From an uncultured virus (IMG/VR IMGVR_UViG_2061766007_000638) (Duplodnaviria; Heunggongvirae; Uroviricota; Caudoviricetes): 35,163 bases of DNA. Location: IMG/VR virus record IMGVR_UViG_2061766007_000638; one strand, written 5' to 3'. Shown one piece after another: positions 1 to 8,864 of the stretch. Within the stretch, counting starts at the first letter, position 1, and the number at the start of each line of letters is the position of its first letter. A model generated the notes under the pieces. The model searched no databases. It was not told where the DNA came from and saw nothing but the letters and a program-made list of their open reading frames with translations. Both the position numbers and the translations under genes were made by a program.

Positions 1-22
1 ACCGTGAACATTNNNNNNNNNN

Positions 23-170
23 TTTCTTCTTCAACATACTTCATGTATTTTTTAAACTGTTTTGGGGTAGGTCTGCCATAAATTTTTTCTAATGCAAGAC
101 CTGATGTTCTCAGCTGGTCGGCTTCAAAAAACAAGTAATCAAAAGCTTTAAGAATTACTTTGTCAGTTTC
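23..170 (-). CDS. Internal fragment of a hypothetical protein (between gaps)
   Basis: Open frame ETDKVILKAFDYLFFEADQLRTSGLALEKIYGRPTPKQFKKYMKYVEEE; no start, stop or recognisable motif. Confidence 0.35.
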
Positions 171-180
171 NNNNNNNNNN

Positions 181-291
181 GTCAGAAAACTTTCTTGCAC
201 CGTTTTGAAATTGAATGATTGTAACATCACTCTGCGAAAAATCGTTTGTTTCTCCGAGCGGGCAATCAATCTCATATCTGTGATTAGCTCC
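181..291 (-). CDS. tad1: Fragment of a Tad1-like (Thoeris anti-defence 1) nucleotide-sponge protein
   Basis: Manual translation GANHRYEIDCPLGETNDFSQSDVTIIQFQNGARKFSD matches the Tad1 N-terminal pattern as I recall it (GAxHxYxI...IxFQxGARK); only 37 aa, flanked by gaps. Confidence 0.65.
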
Positions 292-302
292 ANNNNNNNN
301 NN

Positions 303-1124
303 GCTTTCGGGTATAGAAATACCGTCTTGATTGCTCAGGGCGGTTATAATTTCTTTTTCTCTTTCGCTAAGCTCCCATCGCAAGGCTTTCTCTCGTTCTG
401 CTTTTACTCGTTCTGCTTTCTCTCGTTCTGCTTTTACTCGTTCTGATACCAACCAGCCACAACCATACACGGCTTTTTTACACTTTCGCTGTGCGTCTAA
501 AGCCGGTACTCTCTCGCTTTCGGAGCGTGGTATAACAAAATCAATCCCGTATTTTGAAAAAGGATAAATAGCCGCTGTTGTTACAAGCTCCATTGGGTAG
601 CTGTACTTTGGTAAGCTTTTTTTATCTTTCTGTTTGTTTATTTTGTTAGCTTCATCTACAGCTTTGTATAATGTTGGTGGTGTTCTCACTCTTATTTCGT
701 GTGGTTCAAGATTAGTTGCAAATGATGTGTTAACTACAGCACCGTTTTCATACTCAATTGAAACACCGATTGGCATTACCGTACATATATCACCATATCG
801 ACAGAGTGTAAGAGTTGGGGCAAACAAAAAGAATTTTATTTTCTTGTCTACATAAAATTTAATTATCTGTGAGAGTATTGAAAACGGAGGATTGTCAACA
901 ACAATTTTGCCCGTATAATCGAAATGCTCGTAATCGCCGCCCGGGTAAAAAGGACGAACAAAATCAGCTTTGTTTAAATGGTATTCCTGTGTTACCCACT
1001 CAGAAATAGCATTGTAGACAATTTCGGGAGTATAACAATCGTCCGTTGTTTTCTTAGGCTTGAATTTTCCCACAAAGGCTTCGTAATCTTCAAACTTTTC
1101 TTTGTTTTGGCTGTTTGCTGCCAT
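303..1124 (-). CDS. Putative phage Dam-like N6-adenine DNA methyltransferase, >=274 aa, stop lost in gap (absent from ORF track)
   Basis: GGAGGTGA SD, ATG at 1124; MAANSQNKEKFEDY...DDCYTPE...PFYPGGDY...IVVDNPPFSIL; frame open to the gap. Confidence 0.7.
385..444. repeat. In-frame tandem repeat, 4 x 15 bp (2 perfect 30-bp units)
   Basis: gctttctctcgttct/gcttttactcgttct alternating; encodes (ERVKAEREKA)x2 on the minus strand. Confidence 0.95.
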
Positions 1125-1164
1125 TGGTTCACCTCCAAAGTGGTATAAGAATACNNNNNNNNNN

Positions 1165-1449
1165 ATCATGATCGACATAAAATTTTATTATTTTCATCAA
1201 TATTGAAAAAGGCGGATTGTCAACAACAATTTTGCTCGAATAATCAAAATGCTCATAATCTCCACCCGGATAAAAAGGACGAACAAAATCAGCTTTGTTC
1301 AAATGATATTCATTCGCTACCCAATCAGCAATAGCATTGTAAACAATTTCAGGAGTATAACAATCATCTGTTGTTTTCTTCGGCTTGAATTTTTCTACAA
1401 AACCGTCATAATCTTCAAATTTTTCTTTATTTTGACTTGTTACCCCCAT
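1165..1449 (-). CDS. Second allele of the Dam-like methyltransferase, N-terminal part (cut by gap)
   Basis: Closely similar to the 5' part of 303..1124; DDCYTP and NPPF motifs. Confidence 0.7.
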
Positions 1450-1452
1450 AAT

Positions 1453-1527
1453 TCACCCCATCAGCCTATTAACCTCAGCCTGCACTTCTGTGTAGTCATA
1501 CCCCACCGCCGTAAGCCGTCTTTTGCG
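1453..1527 (-). CDS. C-terminal end of an endolysin Cpl-7 (CW_7) cell-wall-binding domain
   Basis: Manual translation RKRRLTAVGYDYTEVQAEVNRLMG*; complements the amidase at 8057..8859, which breaks off at the Cpl-7 start KTVAEIAKEV. Confidence 0.8.
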   Translation of the reverse strand, partial: RKRRLTAVGYDYTEVQAEVNRLMG

Positions 1528-1538
1528 TNNNNNNNNNN

Positions 1539-1751
1539 TGATAACAAAATAATATTTTCAAACGAAACATCATTTCCATTTTTAATATAATGAATTACCA
1601 TTTGATTTTCTTCGTCATTTTTTAAATCATTAAGTACACCTAATATAAACTCCGGATCTTTAGAAATATCTTCGAGTAATTTAGAAAGTTCCAAGGCTTT
1701 ATCACTACGCAATTTCCCGTTAAGAAAGTAGCAATAATCAGGATATGTCAT
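1539..1751 (-). CDS. Small acidic hypothetical protein coupled to MuF (candidate immunity protein); 3' end in gap
   Basis: ATGA overlap with the MuF stop at 1748-1751. Confidence 0.6.
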
Positions 1752-2932
1752 TCAATCAAGTCCTTTCCAATAATTCTATAATTACCAAATCCATTGTTTT
1801 CTACGGTGTAAATATAATTTCCAATATGTTTCTTAAAAACTTTTTTTGTTGACTGCTCTTTCGTAATATTTGTAGCAATCTCACTCATAACATGAGCGTA
1901 TTCCTGTTTAGGCAAAACAACGGTCGGAAAATCTTTACTTTTTCGTGCAAATAATTGTATATCTACATGTTTATTTTCGTTATCAATTATACCACCATTC
2001 TTAGAAGCATTCAAGTATTTATTTTTAAAATCCTCAAAACTTTCTGCTTTATCAAGTCCGAAGTATTCCGCTCTGTCTTGTAACTCTCTAAGCTCCGCTT
2101 CATTCAATGCCCACTTTGCCCTTTGAAGCATACAGCACCGACAATTACAATCCTCCGCAGGATCTCCAAATCCCCCCGGCTGCATTGCTGTTTTGCCGTT
2201 CACCTCAAACGGTTCTTCAATCTCTCTGATCTGTCCGTCAAGCTGTTTGTGGGTATCTCTTGTAACATCGTCAAGCGTTGAATCCCACTGCTTTACAACG
2301 TCTGCTCCTTTGGACTTAGCCTTGCTTAAGGTGTCTGCCTGAGCCTGATTTTGTATCCGGTGTCCCTCTGTCCTTGCAATCCTGACAGCGTTGTTGTAAG
2401 CCTTGTTAAACGGACTTTTCATACCCATTGCAATGTCAGACGCCGTTTGATTCCATGTTGAACCCGTTGCAATGCCTCTTGAAACTTGTGAGCGGATATC
2501 CTGCTTTAGCTTCAAAACGTCCTCGCCAAGCCTTGTGTAAAGTCCGGCAGATATTTTTGAATCAAGCTGCACAGCCTTTGCGACTTGACTTTGATCTATC
2601 GGAAATAAAACAGGCACTTCCTGTCCGTGAAGATCATAAAAAGCTCCGACCGCTCCGTTTGTATAACAGTTTTCAAGATATTCGTTCATACCCCGATATT
2701 CATTGCTTTGCAGGTCGATTAACGCTTCATCGATCTGCATTTTCAAAATCTGCTGATACTGCTTTTGATACACAATAGACTGAATGTTTTCCAAATCTGT
2801 TCTTGCAGACAATTTCCTGATTTTGTCCTCACAGTCTTTTGAAGCCTGCCTATATGTTTCTTTTAGCCGCCTTATATATTCCTGTTCGTCTTGGAGCAAA
2901 TAAAGCTGTACTTCTCTTTGACGGTCATTCAT
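1748..2932 (-). CDS. Minor head protein, SPP1 gp7/MuF family, with C-terminal extension
   Basis: RIARTE, KQWDSTLD..TR..H..LDG, NCRC motifs; directly after SPP1-type portal. Confidence 0.9.
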   Translation of the reverse strand: MNDRQREVQLYLLQDEQEYIRRLKETYRQASKDCEDKIRKLSARTDLENIQSIVYQKQYQQILKMQIDEALIDLQSNEYRGMNEYLENCYTNGAVGAFYDLHGQEVPVLFPIDQSQVAKAVQLDSKISAGLYTRLGEDVLKLKQDIRSQVSRGIATGSTWNQTASDIAMGMKSPFNKAYNNAVRIARTEGHRIQNQAQADTLSKAKSKGADVVKQWDSTLDDVTRDTHKQLDGQIREIEEPFEVNGKTAMQPGGFGDPAEDCNCRCCMLQRAKWALNEAELRELQDRAEYFGLDKAESFEDFKNKYLNASKNGGIIDNENKHVDIQLFARKSKDFPTVVLPKQEYAHVMSEIATNITKEQSTKKVFKKHIGNYIYTVENNGFGNYRIIGKDLIE

Positions 2933-4361
2933 TTAAAACCGCCCTCTTTAGCTCTGTGATCGCCTGTACGGTGTCCTTTTCTTCATCAAGGGTAATTTTA
3001 CCCTTAACGTCTTCGTAGCTTATATCGAGAATCTCGCAAATTGACTGCACTATCGTTTCATCATCAAGAACGCTTGCAAGACTCAGAATAGTATTGATTT
3101 GTATCTGCTGCTTTTCTGCATCGGTTTTCTCAATATCTGCATTGTCGGACGCGTTTGTCATGACTTCACGTTCAAACTTAAAATAAACGTCTTTTTGCCG
3201 ATAGTCTGTTTCGTTGGCTTTGTTGATCTCGTCAAGAACTATCTGTATCAGCTTTCTAAGAAACTGCTTTAATCGAATTTCAAGCTTGTTGCACTTTAAA
3301 TCAAGCAGTGCATAGCGTGATTTTATTACAACATTTGTTATATTGCCGTCACCTATCTGTGCGGAATTAAAGCCCATGCCAAAGCGATAAATGTTCTTTT
3401 CGTCAAGGTCAAGCTTTGTTTGCCGTGCCTGATATGGAATGTCTATTGTCTTAACGTCTACTTTACCGCCTTCATCTACTCCGATAGCCTTTTTTGAACG
3501 GATGTTTTGTATCATCTCGTCAAGATTATCTCCCATAAAACCCGACACAATATAAAGAGCGTCTGTAAAATCCTGCAAATTGTTTGAAAGAGAACAAGCC
3601 ATCAGATCATAATCATCAATTAACGCTTTTATAGGCTTCAAGCCACTGAATTGCTTTTTACAATTGTCAAGGCGAAAGAAAGGAATAAAACCGAACCCTT
3701 TACCTGACTGTCTGCCTTTTTCATCGGTGTAAATCGTATGCGGACGGGGGTTTATTTCCACAGTATCATCAACAAGAAGCTCACCCTCACGAGGAGAAAC
3801 ATAAAAATACACGTTTTCTTTATCCCACACCTGAACCCTTGTAATTTTCTTTTTGCCTTTGTCCATACGATCTATGTACCAGTAAATAACATACTCGCAG
3901 CCGTCATCGGTATCTTTTGCACGAACCTCGACAACACCCATCGAATCGGCACATTCAAAACGGGTCTTACCGTCCGTATCGCTCACTGCATACATATATT
4001 CAAAGCCTTTTGAAACTGTGCCGGTAATCAGGTCATAAAGCTCGGAATAAAAATCGCTGTTAAAATAATCGTCAAGCTCCGTTTGCAGTTCGGGTAAATC
4101 GGACCGTATTGGATTTTTCTCTCCCGACAGCATATACTGTACCTGCTGATCAACAAGCTCCGTAAAAAACGGATGAGATATCCTGATGTTGCTTTTAAGC
4201 TTATCTTCTTTGAGGTTGCCGTCACCGTCATAATAATAGATTTTGTAGTTGAGAATATCATGTTCGCCCTCGTAATATTTTTGACCTGTTCGGGCAAATA
4301 TTTTTCTCTCGCTTGATTTGTCATCATTGATGAGAGTGATTATTTCGTCTGTTTTAAGCAC
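2925..4361 (-). CDS. Portal protein, SPP1 gp6-like
   Basis: 478 aa; YYEGEHDIL, LIDDYD...SN, GNITNVVIKSRY; follows terL. Confidence 0.92.
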   Translation of the reverse strand: MLKTDEIITLINDDKSSERKIFARTGQKYYEGEHDILNYKIYYYDGDGNLKEDKLKSNIRISHPFFTELVDQQVQYMLSGEKNPIRSDLPELQTELDDYFNSDFYSELYDLITGTVSKGFEYMYAVSDTDGKTRFECADSMGVVEVRAKDTDDGCEYVIYWYIDRMDKGKKKITRVQVWDKENVYFYVSPREGELLVDDTVEINPRPHTIYTDEKGRQSGKGFGFIPFFRLDNCKKQFSGLKPIKALIDDYDLMACSLSNNLQDFTDALYIVSGFMGDNLDEMIQNIRSKKAIGVDEGGKVDVKTIDIPYQARQTKLDLDEKNIYRFGMGFNSAQIGDGNITNVVIKSRYALLDLKCNKLEIRLKQFLRKLIQIVLDEINKANETDYRQKDVYFKFEREVMTNASDNADIEKTDAEKQQIQINTILSLASVLDDETIVQSICEILDISYEDVKGKITLDEEKDTVQAITELKRAVLNE

Positions 4362-4373
4362 TGTTTCACCTCC

Positions 4374-5615
4374 TCAGAAAAGCCAGCGGCTGTTAATGTA
4401 CCGCTCGAGTGCGTAACGCATAGCGTCCATCAAATGGTTAAAATCGTCTATTGGTTTATTTATCATGTTTCCAAACTTGTCTTTTTCAAAGGTGTAATTG
4501 CTTATTTCCGTCAAGAAATTCACACATCGAGGATGTATAATGATCTCCAGATCCTGAATCCACTGGACGCCGTGCATAATGCTGTCCCTGCCCTTTTTTG
4601 CTCCGTCAATTCCAACAAGTCCCAATGATCTAAGCTCGCTTATAGATTTAGGCTCTGCACTGTCTGCATAAATACGTTCTTTTCTAAATCCCATGTCGGT
4701 AACTTTTTGATAAATATCTCTGTTTGACAAAGCTTTTTGATAAAGCTCGTCAAAAACAAAAAGCTTCTTGTTATCCACGTCAAGAAGCCCTGCAAAGAAA
4801 GCTGTCGGGTCGTTTGTATAACCAAAGTCAAGTCCGAAAACGCTTTTGATTTTTGGATTATTTTTTATAACAGCTTTTGGGTCAAAGCTCTGTTCATGCC
4901 AGTTTTCATAAACAAGCCCCTCAACAATTCCCCAGTTGCCCAATCCGGCTACCTCATATCTTCGGGGATTGTTTTTCTTCATTTTTTCAAATACCTTTTT
5001 GTCGGCTTTATCAAGCCACTCGTTGCACATATAATTTGTAGTTAATGCAAGAGTATCTTCATCGGGATTATCGAAAAAGCGTTTTTTAAGCCAGTGATGT
5101 TCATTCCACGGGTTAAACGTGATAGTCCATTGCTTGAACAAACCATCGGGAACTTCTCCTCGGATAGATTCGTCAAGAGTATCGAAGTCTGCTTCGTTCA
5201 TAACCTCATAAGCTTCTTCAAGCCATGCCCAGCAGAGGACACCGATATCAACGGTTATAGAAGTAACTTTTAGCGGATCGTCAAGCCCTCTGAAATAAAT
5301 TTTCTGTCCGGTAGGTTTATAAGTCATTTCAAGAGGACTTTCTTTGATATCCCACCATTCATCTGAATGAAGCCTGTGTATCGCCCATTTAAGCTCTGTA
5401 AAACAGCTGTCCTTTAGCGTTCGGTAGGTTTTGCGGATAACAAGCAGATTCGCCTGCGAATATTTCATCAAATTAGAAATAAACCAAAGAGCGGCCGTTT
5501 TTGACTTTTTGCTTGCTCGGCTGCCCTTTACAACTCTGTATCTGCCCTTAAAATGCCAAAATTTGTTATATCCTTTTCCTACTGTTTTTGATAAAGAAAT
5601 TTTATTCACTGTCAT
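4374..5615 (-). CDS. terL: Terminase large subunit, PBSX family
   Basis: KGSRASKKS Walker A, WLEEA Walker B, TFNP, GLDFGY.NDP, YADSAEP, NHLMDAMRYA. Confidence 0.95.
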   Translation of the reverse strand: MTVNKISLSKTVGKGYNKFWHFKGRYRVVKGSRASKKSKTAALWFISNLMKYSQANLLVIRKTYRTLKDSCFTELKWAIHRLHSDEWWDIKESPLEMTYKPTGQKIYFRGLDDPLKVTSITVDIGVLCWAWLEEAYEVMNEADFDTLDESIRGEVPDGLFKQWTITFNPWNEHHWLKKRFFDNPDEDTLALTTNYMCNEWLDKADKKVFEKMKKNNPRRYEVAGLGNWGIVEGLVYENWHEQSFDPKAVIKNNPKIKSVFGLDFGYTNDPTAFFAGLLDVDNKKLFVFDELYQKALSNRDIYQKVTDMGFRKERIYADSAEPKSISELRSLGLVGIDGAKKGRDSIMHGVQWIQDLEIIIHPRCVNFLTEISNYTFEKDKFGNMINKPIDDFNHLMDAMRYALERYINSRWLF

Positions 5616-6048
5616 TTAGATCATCCTCTATTACTATGGGTGCAGCAGGTGCAATGTTAACATTTTCCTTGAACATCCCAAACCTTTTTCCGAGAAGCTC
5701 TGCGGCTTTAAGCTTATCTTTTTCGGACGGCTTTTTCATAACACGTTCAACTCTCTGCGAACCCTTACCGACACCTTTTAATACGATCTCCTCGCCCTCG
5801 GATTCTCCACGCATTACGGACGTCAGATACTCCATGATCTCCTGTGCATCGGCTGTGCGTTCGTTCTTTAGAGCTTCAAGCTTTTCTTCAATATACGCTT
5901 TTACTTCGTTTTTTTTCGTTAATTTCTGTCCTATTGTATAAGCAGTTTTTTCGGAGTATCCTGCTCTTATTGCTGCCTGAGTAGCGTTTAGATCGATGAG
6001 GTATTCCTCACAGAAACGCTTTTGTTTTTCGTTTAATTTATTTGGCAT
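5602..6048 (-). CDS. terS: Terminase small subunit (Terminase_2 type)
   Basis: LNEKQKRFCEEYLIDLNATQAAIRAGYS and KLKAAELLGK signatures. Confidence 0.95.
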   Translation of the reverse strand: MPNKLNEKQKRFCEEYLIDLNATQAAIRAGYSEKTAYTIGQKLTKKNEVKAYIEEKLEALKNERTADAQEIMEYLTSVMRGESEGEEIVLKGVGKGSQRVERVMKKPSEKDKLKAAELLGKRFGMFKENVNIAPAAPIVIEDDLNDSE

Positions 6049-6154
6049 TACCTCACCGCCTTTCTTTAAACACGAGTAGAAAGTCTTCTTTAGCCTAACT
6101 TCTTCTGCCCGACCAATAATTATTTAATCACAGTAAATAATTTTTTGCAGCGCA

Positions 6155-6185
6155 AAGCCGCCCTGTTAGACCAAAAGGGCGGCTT
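6155..6185. other. GC-rich stem-loop between tRNA-Lys and terS
   Basis: aagccgccct-N11-agggcggctt, 10-bp perfect stem; no clear U-tract on the coding strand. Confidence 0.55.
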
Positions 6186-6233
6186 ATGCGAAAGGAAAGA
6201 TTAAAATGACCAAAAACCCAAAATAGACAAACT

Positions 6234-6309
6234 TGGTGCTAAGAATGAGATTTGAACTCATATTATCCCGATTAAAAGTCGAGTGTTTTACCGATTAAAC
6301 TATCTTAAC
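6234..6309 (-). tRNA. trnK: tRNA-Lys (anticodon TTT), 76 nt, encoded CCA
   Basis: Acceptor GTTAAGA/TCTTAGC, D-stem GTTT/AAAC, anticodon arm CTCGA-CTTTTAA-TCGGG, T-arm ATGAG-TTCAAAT-CTCAT, ACCA end. Confidence 0.92.
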
Positions 6310-6312
6310 ATA

Positions 6313-6388
6313 TGTGTGCAGCAGGTGGGAATGGAACCACCTGTTGAAGCTTATACCCGACATTAAGCAGCTTTGCTCCGTGCTGCAC
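6313..6388 (-). ncRNA. tRNA-like element / pseudo-tRNA
   Basis: Perfect 7-bp closing stem GTGCAGC/GCTGCAC, T-like arm AGGTGG-TTCCATTC-CCACCT, central hairpin GCTTA-N10-TAAGC, reduced D arm. Confidence 0.6.
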
Positions 6389-6471
6389 AGGCAGCGTGAA
6401 TATAGGTAAATGTATGTAGGAATATGGCAAACAAGAAAACCGGCTGCTGTTTCCCGTTTGCCCATACTTCC

Positions 6472-6522
6472 ATAATACCATTTTACTGCTTTTTTAACTG
6501 AATTGATATGAATTTTACTGCA
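6472..6522 (-). promoter_or_regulatory. Putative activator-dependent late promoter
   Basis: Hexamers TGCAGT, TTCATA, TTCAGT at exact 10-bp spacing just after the ArpU/RinA-like gene, then -10-like TAAAAT / TGGTATTAT with no canonical -35. Confidence 0.6.
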
Positions 6523-6537
6523 CTTTTTGTTAACAAA

Positions 6538-6948
6538 TTATGAATAATTCGTTATTTTGCGAAACTCTTGTAAAGCAATACCATGAATTTTATAAACAGC
6601 ACGCTCTGTCTTATGCATTTTATGTGCCACTTCTTCCCAACTATCATTATTCAGCAAATAATAATATCTTAAGACATCAGAATACAATGGATTATCAATC
6701 GAATTTATCATCTCCCGACATCTCCACCATTCTGCTCTAATTTCACGCCGCTCTTTTAAAATCTTTTCTTCTTGCAAAACTAAGTCATCAAGGCTATTTT
6801 TATATATAGCTGATGTTTTAACTTTATCGGAAAGAGTTATACTCGAAAGTCCGTATTTCTGAGAACGAATCTCTTCAAGTTCACAATCCAATGCTACTAT
6901 TTTTCTTGCGGTGTTTTTTATTTCCCACAAATATTCCTTAGCCGTCAA
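6538..6948 (-). CDS. ArpU/RinA-like late transcriptional activator
   Basis: Likely TTG start (MTAKEYL) overlapping upstream stop; C-terminal sigma-like HTH (LRYYY...SWEEVAHKMHKTERAVYKIHGIAL); upstream of terS. Confidence 0.85.
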   Translation of the reverse strand: MTAKEYLWEIKNTARKIVALDCELEEIRSQKYGLSSITLSDKVKTSAIYKNSLDDLVLQEEKILKERREIRAEWWRCREMINSIDNPLYSDVLRYYYLLNNDSWEEVAHKMHKTERAVYKIHGIALQEFRKITNYS

Positions 6949-7178
6949 CCGTTTCCCTTCTTCCTGATCTGCTCCGCACGTTGTTCCATATCTTTTGCAA
7001 TGGCATGGCACTTTATCATTTGTTCATAGTACATGGTTATTTGTCCGAGTAACCTTGTTCGCTCCATGCTGCCCATGTGCTCCTTAAGTTTTACCTTGTA
7101 TTTGTAATATAGGTGCTCTGCCGCTTCGGCATCCTGCCGGTACTCGTTCGCCCAGTTTATGTAATCATCTGCTGTCAT
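6945..7178 (-). CDS. Hypothetical helical protein (MTADDY family)
   Basis: AGGAG SD, 77 aa, overlaps next gene; similar to 9819..10046. Confidence 0.75.
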   Translation of the reverse strand: MTADDYINWANEYRQDAEAAEHLYYKYKVKLKEHMGSMERTRLLGQITMYYEQMIKCHAIAKDMEQRAEQIRKKGNG

Positions 7179-7318
7179 TTTCTTATACTCCTAAAACGCG
7201 TTTAAATCGCCTGTATTGAGTTTTAATCTCAAAAGGTAAAATTACTCGCTTAAATNNNNNNNNNNGATAGGCTTGTTTATAAGCGAAATTCTCACAAAAT
7301 GGTTAGGAGATACGGAAA

Positions 7319-7606
7319 GTGAATAGTTTAGATATTTTAACGCAAAACGCAAAAACACACAGCCGAAATGAACAGCTTACAGTAGCAGCTGAGGAGTGTG
7401 CGGAGCTGATTCAGGCTATCGCTAAAGTAAAGCGATACGGCGAAAATGATGAAACGCTATATCATTTGTCCGAGGAAATGGCAGACGTTGAGATCATGCT
7501 TGAGCAGCTGAAAATTATTTACGGCAATGTTCAAGATGTGGCAAGGTGGAAAAAATATAAAATCGAGAGGATAGAGAGAGGTTTAAAAATTGGAACGTTT
7601 AATTAA
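7319..7606 (+). CDS. MazG-like nucleotide pyrophosphohydrolase
   Basis: EECAELIQAIAK...EEMADV motif pair. Confidence 0.85.
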   Translation: MNSLDILTQNAKTHSRNEQLTVAAEECAELIQAIAKVKRYGENDETLYHLSEEMADVEIMLEQLKIIYGNVQDVARWKKYKIERIERGLKIGTFN

Positions 7607-7952
7607 GTGCGAGGTTTGCGGAACGGATGTTATATCTATACGAAGTAATCAAAGATATTGCGGTGAATGTGCGCGGATTGTAAAAAGATCGCAAAGCATT
7701 TACACTCAAGATTGTAAAATATGCGGCAAAAAGATTACAAAGGGAAACAAAAACAGTATTTGTCTTGCTTGCCGAAAGGCTCAAAAGCAAGCTGAGGAAG
7801 AACTTGCTAAAAAGCACGGCATGAGCGTAAGGCGATACAAAAGTCTTGAACAGCTTGATCAAACTGTATTAGAGCTAAATGAATATAACATCAGACACGG
7901 AACAAAACTCACTTACGGCTATTACATGGCGATGAAAGACGGACGGATTTAA
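7590..7952 (+). CDS. Hypothetical zinc-finger protein
   Basis: Four CxxC motifs; C-terminal LTYGYY; GAGG SD. Confidence 0.75.
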   Translation: MERLIKCEVCGTDVISIRSNQRYCGECARIVKRSQSIYTQDCKICGKKITKGNKNSICLACRKAQKQAEEELAKKHGMSVRRYKSLEQLDQTVLELNEYNIRHGTKLTYGYYMAMKDGRI

Positions 7953-8056
7953 ACGTTCAGAAACCACTTAAATTTGCCGATAGCGGGGCGAAAACAATTT
8001 AAGCGAGTAATTTTACCTTTTGAGATAAAAACTCAATACAGGCGATNNNNNNNNNN

Positions 8057-8859
8057 ATGACTTCTTTGGCGATCTCGGCAACAGTCTTTGTTGCTGCCGA
8101 TTTTGGAGTATACACAACATTCCCCGATACATCAAAAACCTTGTACCCGATATTCTTATCTGCAAGTTTCTTTGCATTATCAAGCACGGTAAACGCTCCG
8201 ATCTGCGTTTTTGCGTCTGTCGCTGTTTTGCGTACTCTATATATCTGCTTTTTCTGTGTGTCGGTCTTGTCATCTGTTTTCGGTGTTGTACCGCCGCTGA
8301 TACGTTCTTTGAAGTGCTTCCATTCAGTGACGTTTCCGCTGTCCTCGTTCCAACCGATTATACCGGGACATAATTTGCCCGATACGTCATAGTGACGTAT
8401 AACTCTTTCTGCAGGAATATCATATGTCTGCATTAAATATTTAGCCAACTCAACAGCTTTGTTAATAACGGCACTCGTAAAGCTCCACGCTCGTGTGTTT
8501 GCTGGCTCGGTATCCTTCCAATTCGGATTTGTACAACATATCTCAATGCCTATGCTGTTCGCATTTGTGCATTTACCGTAAAACTTGCCGCCCATACTGT
8601 ACGGATTTTTGTTATCGCCGCAGTGCCAGCAGTACCGATTTTTAATATCGGGGTTGTATTGTACTATCGTGCTGTCATCAACTATAAAATCCGCCGAAGC
8701 ATATCTTGACGGATTCGCAAAATCACCGGCAACATTTTTTGCTGTTCCCGTTCTGCTTGTTGATCCTGCCGTGTAATGTACTACTATGTATGCTATGTTG
8801 CGGTTGGTTAAACCTGTTGTGTTCGCAAATGCGGAACATTTTACAATATCAATGCTCAT
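8057..8859 (-). CDS. Endolysin, N-acetylmuramoyl-L-alanine amidase (Amidase_2); Cpl-7 domain cut by gap
   Basis: YIVVHYTA, ASADFIVD, WHCG, NSIGIEIC, VIRHYDVSGKLCPG. Confidence 0.92.
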
Positions 8860-8864
8860 CTGTT

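Noticed and set aside
331..567. Plus-strand ORF with SAFTR/SAFSR repeats
   Set aside because: Antisense shadow of the Dam-like gene VNTR
1461..1751. 96-aa ORF in the track
   Set aside because: Chimeric across the gap; the part below 1529 is an endolysin Cpl-7 end in another frame
7206..8046. 50-bp inverted repeat (7206-7255 / 7997-8046, one mismatch) around the only plus-strand genes, resembling an invertible segment
   Set aside because: Both copies end exactly at N-gaps and no recombinase is present; best explained as an overlapping contig from a sister variant scaffolded in reverse
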